Virus record (IMG/VR): IMGVR_UViG_3300035086_000100
Location: 1-64,000 of that record
Strand: one strand, 5' to 3'
Length of the DNA: 64,000 bases
Source: a virus
Shown here: positions 57,432 to 64,000 of the stretch, one piece after another
Position numbering within the stretch: position 1 is the first letter of the stretch
Layout of the letters: each line of letters begins with the position of its first letter
Program-made: the position numbers and the translations under genes
Notes under the pieces: model-generated
The model's database searches: none
Told to the model about the DNA's origin: nothing
The model's input: only the letters and a program-made list of their open reading frames with translations

Positions 57432-57662
57432 ATGACAAGGCAGGAACCGGCAGCTACAGGAGCAGCGTTGGACACCTATCTGACCAGAGCGGAAGTCTGC
57501 GAGCGGCTCCAGATCTCCCGCGAGACATTCCGCAAGCTCGTCCTCAGGGGCGCCTTCCCCGTGACCCGGCTCGGTGCCTTCCCGCAAGGCCACCTCCGGG
57601 TCAGCGAGCGCGCACTGACGGACTACATGAGCGGCGGCAAGGCGCAGGTAAAGGCGTCATGA
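57432..57662 (+). CDS. Excisionase/Cro-like HTH protein
   Basis: YLTRAEVCERLQISRETF; leaderless TTGACT/TAGTCT promoter. Confidence 0.75.
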   Translation: MTRQEPAATGAALDTYLTRAEVCERLQISRETFRKLVLRGAFPVTRLGAFPQGHLRVSERALTDYMSGGKAQVKAS

Positions 57663-58186
57663 CTCACCCCCTCACCGAATTCGCCCACTCGCGGCGGCGC
57701 GCACCGTACGTAAGCAGCGGGGTTCTGGTTTCCCCTGTGACGCTCAAGGCCGGGCTGGCCGTGGCGAGAGTTGGGGCGCTCGTCCATCACGTCGGCGCGG
57801 CGGCTTCCGTTCTCAACGGCGACCGCATCCAGTACGGCGCTCAGTGGCTGTGCAACTCGGGCGCGAACGACGTGATCTTGCTCGCGGACGTCAGCGCCCA
57901 CAGCGGCCAAGCGTGCGTCCGGTGTGCCGACAAGGCCGCCGGGAGCTTCATCTACCGCTGCTTCGGCGAGGCTGACCTGCTGCTCTACATCGGCAGCACT
58001 GCCGGATATGCCGCACGGATGAAGCGGCACGCAGCGAAATCGGCTTGGTGGCCCGACGTCGCGCGCATCACGAAGGAGGGGTACGGGTCGATCTCGGAGG
58101 CTCGTGCCGCCGAACGGCGTGCCATCCGAGCCGAGGTACCGCAGCACAACAGCCATCGGTACGCGGCCGAGGCGGTGGCGTCATGA
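57659..58186 (+). CDS. GIY-YIG domain protein
   Basis: IYRCF..LLYIGST..R..H..WW..E..AI..P.HN. Confidence 0.75.
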   Translation: MTHPLTEFAHSRRRAPYVSSGVLVSPVTLKAGLAVARVGALVHHVGAAASVLNGDRIQYGAQWLCNSGANDVILLADVSAHSGQACVRCADKAAGSFIYRCFGEADLLLYIGSTAGYAARMKRHAAKSAWWPDVARITKEGYGSISEARAAERRAIRAEVPQHNSHRYAAEAVAS

Positions 58187-58458
58187 CCACCTGTAGGACC
58201 GTCGCAGAAGTCACCGAGGCCGCCAGGGAAGACGCGGCGAGGGAAGACCAGCCGCTCACTCAGCCCCAGGCCGACTTCTGGGCCGCACTCACCGCCCCGC
58301 ATCGCAAGCCGCCCGAGAGCGCTGACCAGCCGGGCGAAGCCGCCCCCGAGGCCGCCTAGGGCACGAAAAAAACCGGCCCGCCCTGCGGCAAACAGGACGG
58401 GACCGGGAGGGCTTCAGAGGCCCCAGGCAAGACAAACGGTAGCAGAGAGGACCAGGCA

Positions 58459-58980
58459 ATGCACGCACGATCGGCAGCGACGGTAGCTGCGCTAGAGGCC
58501 GAGGTCGGCCGTCAGCTGACCGGGCCCGAGGTCGGGGCCATGTTCCGGGTCGACCCCAAGACCGTGACCCGCTGGGCACGCCAGGGCAAGCTCACGGCGG
58601 GCAGGACCCCGGGCGGGCGGCGGCTGTACAGCGAGCGGGAGGTCGCGGATCTCCTGCGCAGGCAGACCTGCCATCCGGCGCCCGGTCAGCCCGTCCGGCC
58701 CGTCCTGCCCGTGAAGGCAGGCCCGACAGCCGAGACGCTGGCCGAGGTAGCGGCGCTGAACGCCGACTACCCGGGCTGGCACGTGTGGCTGTCCGACGCC
58801 GGGATGGTGTACGCCACGTGCAACCGGCCCTCCGCCGTGGACCCGGGGCAGGCCGGGCTGACCGAGCACGCGGACGCGCCGTGGCGGATGCGGGCGGTCC
58901 TGGCCGGGTTCGAGACCGCTGACCGGGAGAAGGCGCGGCGGTCAAGCGCTGACGCGATGCTCGCCGCGTGGAGTGCCTGA
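58459..58980 (+). CDS. BldC-family DNA-binding protein with C-terminal extension
   Basis: LTGPEVGAMFRVDPKTVTRWARQGKL..RTPGG. Confidence 0.85.
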   Translation: MHARSAATVAALEAEVGRQLTGPEVGAMFRVDPKTVTRWARQGKLTAGRTPGGRRLYSEREVADLLRRQTCHPAPGQPVRPVLPVKAGPTAETLAEVAALNADYPGWHVWLSDAGMVYATCNRPSAVDPGQAGLTEHADAPWRMRAVLAGFETADREKARRSSADAMLAAWSA

Positions 58981-59944
58981 TGCCCGCCATCCACGTCGCC
59001 AGCGCCGCCGAGCCAGCAATCCGTGTTCTGAGCCTCGGTGCCGGAGTGCAGTCGACCACGCTGCTGCTGATGTCGCTTGAGGGCATCCTGCCGAAGCTGG
59101 ACTACGCGATCTTCGCCGACACCGACTGGGAGCCGAAGCGGGTCTACGACCACCTTGACCTTGTAACCGAAGCGGCAGCAAGTGCGGGGCTTCCCGTGCT
59201 GCGCGTCAGTAGCGGCAACCTCCGGGCCGACACGATCGACCCAGTCCACCGATACGCGTCGATCCCGTACTTCATCAAGAACGCCGACGGCAGCCTCGGC
59301 ATGGGGCGCCGGCAGTGCACCAGCGAATACAAGCTGGCCCCGATCCGCCGCAAGGTCCGCGAACTGCTCGGCGCTAACGCACCCGACTTCAGGCGAGTTC
59401 CGAGAGGCCGGGTAGCAGAGCAGTGGGTCGGCTTCAGCGCTGACGAGATCGGGCGCGTTAACGACAGCTACAGCGTCCTGTACCAGCGGGCCGCGTACCC
59501 GCTGCTTGACCTTGGCATGGACCGCAAGGCATGCGAGCGGTGGCTGCGGTCGCGCGGCTGGACCTCGGTAGCCAAGAGCGCATGCATCGGGTGCCCGTTC
59601 CACGGCAACAAGCAATGGCGCGACCTCCGCGACAACAATCCCGCCGAATGGGCGGACGCGGTGGAGTTTGACCGCGCCATCCGGAAAGGCGGCGGCAAGG
59701 GCATCCCGCTGAACGGCGAGGCATTCCTGCATTCGTCGCGCGTGCCGCTCGATATCGCGCCCATCGACCGGGTCACCTCGGCTGAGTGGAAATCCCGCCA
59801 GGGTGACCTCCTCGACATCATCGCCGATGAGGAGATGGCCGAGCAGGGCAACCCTGACGGCTGCTCGCCTTACGGCTGCCGCTCCGGTGCACGGCTGGGT
59901 GGTGCTGCCTGATGCCCGCCATCCACATCGCCAGCGCCGCCGAG
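58974..59944 (+). repeat. 39-bp direct repeat (58974-59012, 59906-59944; one mismatch)
   Basis: TGCCTGATGCCCGCCATCCAC[G/A]TCGCCAGCGCCGCCGAG. Confidence 0.9.
58980..59912 (+). CDS. PAPS reductase-like (PP-loop) protein
   Basis: SLGAGVQST, IFADT..E, RQCT..YK, KSACIGCPFH. Confidence 0.8.
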   Translation: MPAIHVASAAEPAIRVLSLGAGVQSTTLLLMSLEGILPKLDYAIFADTDWEPKRVYDHLDLVTEAAASAGLPVLRVSSGNLRADTIDPVHRYASIPYFIKNADGSLGMGRRQCTSEYKLAPIRRKVRELLGANAPDFRRVPRGRVAEQWVGFSADEIGRVNDSYSVLYQRAAYPLLDLGMDRKACERWLRSRGWTSVAKSACIGCPFHGNKQWRDLRDNNPAEWADAVEFDRAIRKGGGKGIPLNGEAFLHSSRVPLDIAPIDRVTSAEWKSRQGDLLDIIADEEMAEQGNPDGCSPYGCRSGARLGGAA

Positions 59945-60809
59945 AGGCCGGATACCCGCCATGAGTGCCCGTGCTGCCGCAGGAACCTGCCCGCCCCGCT
60001 GTTCATGTGCTCGGGCTGCGAGCGGGCGGTTCCGAAGCGGACCAGGGACGCGATGGCCGCAGCCGTGGAGCGGGACGACCGCGAGGCGTGGACGGTCCTG
60101 CGATCTCAGGCCGTCACCGAAGTCACCGCCAAGCTCGCAGCAAGGAAGGCAGCAGCATGACCACCACGACGCAGGTGTCCGATACCCCGGTCGCCGAGGA
60201 GACCCTGAAAGCGCTGGGCCTGACGGTCCTGTACGGGCCGCTGCCGGGGGAGCCGGGAGGCCCGCCGCTGCCGGAAGGGCGCCGTGTCCGGGGGGTGTGG
60301 GAGGCCATCGCGGTCTACGCGGCACGGCACGGCGGGCCGGTGATGCGCCCGGAAGTCAAGCCGGCGATCGTCGCGGAGCCCGAGACAGGCCCCTTGCCGC
60401 CCTCATGGCAGAGGCAACTGGGGGCGTACCGGCGGATGGCCGGTTCCGTGCCCGTAACGCCAGCCGATCCGGTGCTGCCCGGTGACGACCCGGAGCCAGC
60501 CCAGCCCGTGATGCCCGCCGGGCAAGAGGACGGCTGGGACTGCTCGATGACTGCCGTGCTGCCGCGCGTAACGGAGCAAGGGGGGACGCCGTGAGCGCCG
60601 GGATGTTCCAGGGACCGAAGTTCGCCGGCCTCGGCGGGCTCAGGCACTTCGGGCAGCCCGACCCCGTGCCCGACCCGGTGTCATGGCGGGGATTCTCCCC
60701 GGTCCAGCGGAACGCCGCCTGGGACCGCCTCGCTGACGCGACCGCCAACGGCACTCCCGCCGAGATGGCCAGCGCCCGCGAGTACCTGATCAACGGGCCG
60801 GCGTCATGA
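59912..60809 (+). other. Three small hypothetical genes (59912-60160 Zn-finger, 60157-60594, 60591-60809)
   Basis: Start/stop overlaps. Confidence 0.55.
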
Positions 60810-61120
60810 GCGCGGTCACCGTCCCGGCGATGCTCCGGGGCTTCGCGCGGGCCAACGACGAGCGCTCCCGGTCGGCTGGGGAACGCGACCGGAACACCGC
60901 CCGCATCATCCTCGACGACGAGCGGCTGTGCGACGTGCCGGAGTCCTGGGTGGTCATCGCCCATGCGCGGGCGGAGCATCCCGAGACCGATTCGTGGGCT
61001 GAGATCGGCGAGGCCCTCGGATGGACCAAGGACCGCGCCCTCGCGTGCTGGCGGCGGCTCATCGTCTCGCTGGGCTACGCCGAACCGAAGCCGGCTTACC
61101 ACGTTAAGGACCGCTCATGA
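60806..61120 (+). CDS. WhiA C-terminal HTH-like protein
   Basis: F..AN..RS..A..VPE..R.EH..S..E.G..TKD..RRL. Confidence 0.65.
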   Translation: MSAVTVPAMLRGFARANDERSRSAGERDRNTARIILDDERLCDVPESWVVIAHARAEHPETDSWAEIGEALGWTKDRALACWRRLIVSLGYAEPKPAYHVKDRS

Positions 61121-61368
61121 GCACCGCCACGGCCAGCACCAGCGAAGAGACCCAGGCGGCCTGGGACCACCTCGCGGAATGCCTGCGCACGCTTAACGCT
61201 CTCGGTACCGGGGCCATGCACTGGTCGGAACGGTTCGCCGAGGAAGACCTCCCTCTGGGGTTGCCGCTTCAGGAAGCCGCCATCGAGGTAGCGGCGGGCG
61301 AGGCGGACGAGGCCCGCAGGGCGCTGCTGGCCAGGGGCGTGGACGTGCCGGATGAGGTCGGATCGTGA
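61117..61368 (+). CDS. Hypothetical protein
   Basis: ATGA overlap. Confidence 0.5.
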   Translation: MSTATASTSEETQAAWDHLAECLRTLNALGTGAMHWSERFAEEDLPLGLPLQEAAIEVAAGEADEARRALLARGVDVPDEVGS

Positions 61369-62582
61369 TGGCGATCGCAGAGCCGGCCAGCCTCGCGCCG
61401 GTCACTGACAAGAACTCCGGGGAGCGTTTTTATCCCTACCCCCGCAACGGGAAGCAGCTCGACTCGGTTACCTACCTGATCGGCGCCACGCAATCCAAGG
61501 CGTACCTGCGGGACTGGTACGCCGCGTCGGCCCTGGGCTGGGCAGCGGACAACCTTGAACTGTTCCTGAAGACGCTCCGGGAGAAGGGCCGCAAGGACGC
61601 GATAGCGCTGGGGGCGGACGCCGCCGAGCAGGTCCGGCTGATCAAGGCGGACTGCGGCACCTACGTTCACGACGTGGTCGAGGCGCTGACCTTGTGGGCC
61701 GCGTCGCCGCCCGGAACCGGTGCATCCGTCCCGCTCCCGCTGCTGCCCGATCACCTTGAGAACGCGCTCTACGACGGCGAGCCGCTGGCCGATATCGCGG
61801 CGTTCATGGTCGAGGGGTTCATCAACTTCATCGGCGCGTTCGGCTCCCCGAAGATCCTCGCGGCGGAGATGCAGGTCTACCACGAGCCGCTGGGGCTGGC
61901 CGGAACCCTGGACCTGATCATCGAGCTGGACGGGTACGCGATCAGCTTCGGGACCGGGCCGGACGGTGCCGACGAGATCGTGGCGTGCCCCGGCAACGTC
62001 CTGACGATCTGCATAGACGTCAAGACGGGCCGCGATCCGGACGCCACGTGGAAAGAGCAACTGGCCGCTTACCGGCGGATGCTCGAATGCCTGGTCGGGC
62101 TGGGCGAGCTCCGGCCGATGCCGAAGACGGACTGCGGCGCGGTGCTGCACCTGAGGCCCGAGTACCCGGAGGGCTACCTGCTTCAGCTCGTGTCCGCGCG
62201 CGATGACGAGCCGGCGTGGCAGAGGTTCCTGGCGATGGCGAACGGGTGCAAGGAACGCCAGGCAGCCAAGGGCAAGCCGGGACCGTCGATCAGGGCACTG
62301 CGTCCCGATGGCACGATGCCCGGTCCCCGGATCTGCGACATGGCCGGGGAGGGCTACGGGCGGGCTCTGGCGCCGCTGGCTAGGGCGCTGGGCGCTGACG
62401 CCGAACTGGCCACCGTGGCGGGATTCACGGCTGAGGAACTGCTGGCCGTCAAGGGCATCGGGCTGGTGCTGCTCGGCCAGATCCGGACCATGCTCGCCGC
62501 ACGGCGGATGTACCTCAAGGGCGAGGAACTGCTGCCCGTCCTCCATGCGGTTCGCGAATCCATTCAGCGGGAGGTGGCCTGA
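61365..62582 (+). CDS. RecB-like PD-(D/E)XK exonuclease with C-terminal HhH
   Basis: SVT.LI, GTYVH, AGTLDL, IDVKTG, QLAAY; LLAVKGIG. Confidence 0.8.
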   Translation: MMAIAEPASLAPVTDKNSGERFYPYPRNGKQLDSVTYLIGATQSKAYLRDWYAASALGWAADNLELFLKTLREKGRKDAIALGADAAEQVRLIKADCGTYVHDVVEALTLWAASPPGTGASVPLPLLPDHLENALYDGEPLADIAAFMVEGFINFIGAFGSPKILAAEMQVYHEPLGLAGTLDLIIELDGYAISFGTGPDGADEIVACPGNVLTICIDVKTGRDPDATWKEQLAAYRRMLECLVGLGELRPMPKTDCGAVLHLRPEYPEGYLLQLVSARDDEPAWQRFLAMANGCKERQAAKGKPGPSIRALRPDGTMPGPRICDMAGEGYGRALAPLARALGADAELATVAGFTAEELLAVKGIGLVLLGQIRTMLAARRMYLKGEELLPVLHAVRESIQREVA

Positions 62583-62583
62583 C

Positions 62584-63687
62584 ATGCCCGTACTCGACTT
62601 GCAAAGACGCGCCTACCAGTCCGGCCGGATCAGGCTCGGCCAGGCGGTGAAGACCGGCAAGCAGGACAAGGCCGGCAGGGACATCACCCGGCCGGTGAAG
62701 CTCGACACACTCCGTTTCACCTCGCCGTCCCGCTTCCAGGTGGAAGCGGCGGCACTGGCCTACGAAGGCGAGGTGTGCCCGTGGGACAACCGGGGCCGCA
62801 AGGAGTGGGAAGTGATCACGGCGGTCAGCGAGATCATGGTCGCCATCCCGCCCGCCGCTGACGCGATCTCCCAGTGGTACGAGATGTGGACCGGGGGCGG
62901 GTGCCAGAGACGTTGCGACTCCCAGCACGAGCAGAAGTCCGGCGGATCCTGCCTGTGCCCGCATGCGCAAGACCCGGATGACGAAGACGAAGTAGACCGG
63001 ATGGCGCGGGAGCGCGCCCGGCTGTCCAAGCTGATGCCGCCTCAGGCGTGCGGGCTGAAGACCCGGGTTTCCCTTGTCCTGCCCGACCTGCCCGACGTCG
63101 GGGTGTGGCGGCTGGACACGGGCGGCTTCTACGCGGCCGGGGAGCTGATCGGCAAGGCCGAGCTGATGGCGCTGTGCCGTGACAGAAACTTGTTCCTTCC
63201 GGCCCGGCTGTGGATTGACCACCGGGTAGACGTCGTTAACGGCCAGACCAGGAAATACCCGGTCCCGGCGCTGGAGATCCTGAAGACGTTCCGCCAGGTA
63301 GCCACGGGAGAGCTTGAGGAAGCCGGGTGGGCCGCTCAGCTTCCGCCCGCGCCGGGCCAGCCGCTCGCAATCGCGGCTCCATCGCCAGGCGTGCCCCGGC
63401 CCGGTCCTGCATCGGCCGGCACGACAGGAGCAACCGGGCCGGGGTACCCCGAACCACCGGAACTAGCTGAGGACGAGCGGAAATACCAGCTAGCCCAGGC
63501 CATCGCCGACGAGTGCGCGGGCGAGATCGCGGGAGACCGGTTCAACTTCCTGTGCGCCGAGGCCCGGGGCAAGCACCTTGAAGGCGAGTACGTGTTCATC
63601 ACCGCCGACCACGTGTCCGGCCCGGTCCTGCCGCTGAGCGAGCGCCTGACGGACCTGTGGGCACAGAAGGTCAAGGGGGCGGCATGA
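62584..63687 (+). CDS. Gp3-like recombination directionality factor family protein
   Basis: GRIRLG..P.KLDT.RFTS..YEMW..CQRRCD..C..TR....LP..GVWRL.T..F.AA.EL. Confidence 0.75.
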   Translation: MPVLDLQRRAYQSGRIRLGQAVKTGKQDKAGRDITRPVKLDTLRFTSPSRFQVEAAALAYEGEVCPWDNRGRKEWEVITAVSEIMVAIPPAADAISQWYEMWTGGGCQRRCDSQHEQKSGGSCLCPHAQDPDDEDEVDRMARERARLSKLMPPQACGLKTRVSLVLPDLPDVGVWRLDTGGFYAAGELIGKAELMALCRDRNLFLPARLWIDHRVDVVNGQTRKYPVPALEILKTFRQVATGELEEAGWAAQLPPAPGQPLAIAAPSPGVPRPGPASAGTTGATGPGYPEPPELAEDERKYQLAQAIADECAGEIAGDRFNFLCAEARGKHLEGEYVFITADHVSGPVLPLSERLTDLWAQKVKGAA

Positions 63688-63890
63688 CGCTCGCCGAATG
63701 CGCCGATGCGCTTGCCGCCGGGTTCAGGGTCATCTACAGCCCGTTTAACCCCGACGACCCGGAAGAGGCCGGCGTCATCACCTCGGTAGGGGAGACGTTC
63801 GCCCATGTCCGGTACGGGGCCGATCTCGGCTCCCGGGCCACTAACCCGGAACGGCTGAGCCTGGCCGGCTATCCGGCGGTGACCGGATGA
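63684..63890 (+). CDS. Hypothetical protein
   Basis: E.GVITSV..VRY..AT.P..L; ATGA overlap. Confidence 0.55.
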   Translation: MTLAECADALAAGFRVIYSPFNPDDPEEAGVITSVGETFAHVRYGADLGSRATNPERLSLAGYPAVTG

Positions 63891-64000
63891 ACCGTAACGG
63901 CAGGCTGAATCCCGGCTGCGGCCAGAGGAGATTCAGTAGCCAGCTAGCGGCAGAGAAGGCGCTGGCCAAGGCCCTGCTGCTGCCCGGCAACGCTGACGAC

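Noticed and set aside
1-64000. tRNA, rRNA, endolysin and DNA polymerase/primase genes
   Set aside because: None recognised by eye; lysis and replication genes probably lie outside the window, and a tRNA scan was not possible

Overview
This window is about 64 kb of a high-GC temperate siphovirus of a filamentous or sporulating actinomycete; both ends are truncated. The minus strand from 1 to about 39 kb carries the morphogenesis arm: tail genes, a tape measure protein with an intein-split NlpC/P60 domain, neck, capsid, protease, portal, an intein-containing terminase, a ParB-methylase with a PLP enzyme, and late regulators. At least 12 oppositely oriented small-gene islands interrupt this arm. 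The 39.6-51.4 kb region holds a Streptomyces plasmid/AICE-type conjugation module (FtsK/TraB, Spd-like membrane proteins, GntR regulators) with clustered 8-bp repeats. The 55-64 kb region holds a large serine integrase, the repressor and early/recombination genes, including BldC-like and WhiA-like regulators. The strongest finding is in the neck gene (13141-13643). It is broken by two 10-nt inserts, each shaped take-off codon / TTA / 4 nt / matching landing codon, which suggests tandem rare-UUA-dependent translational bypassing that gates virion assembly. All family assignments come from motif recognition by eye; no searches were run.
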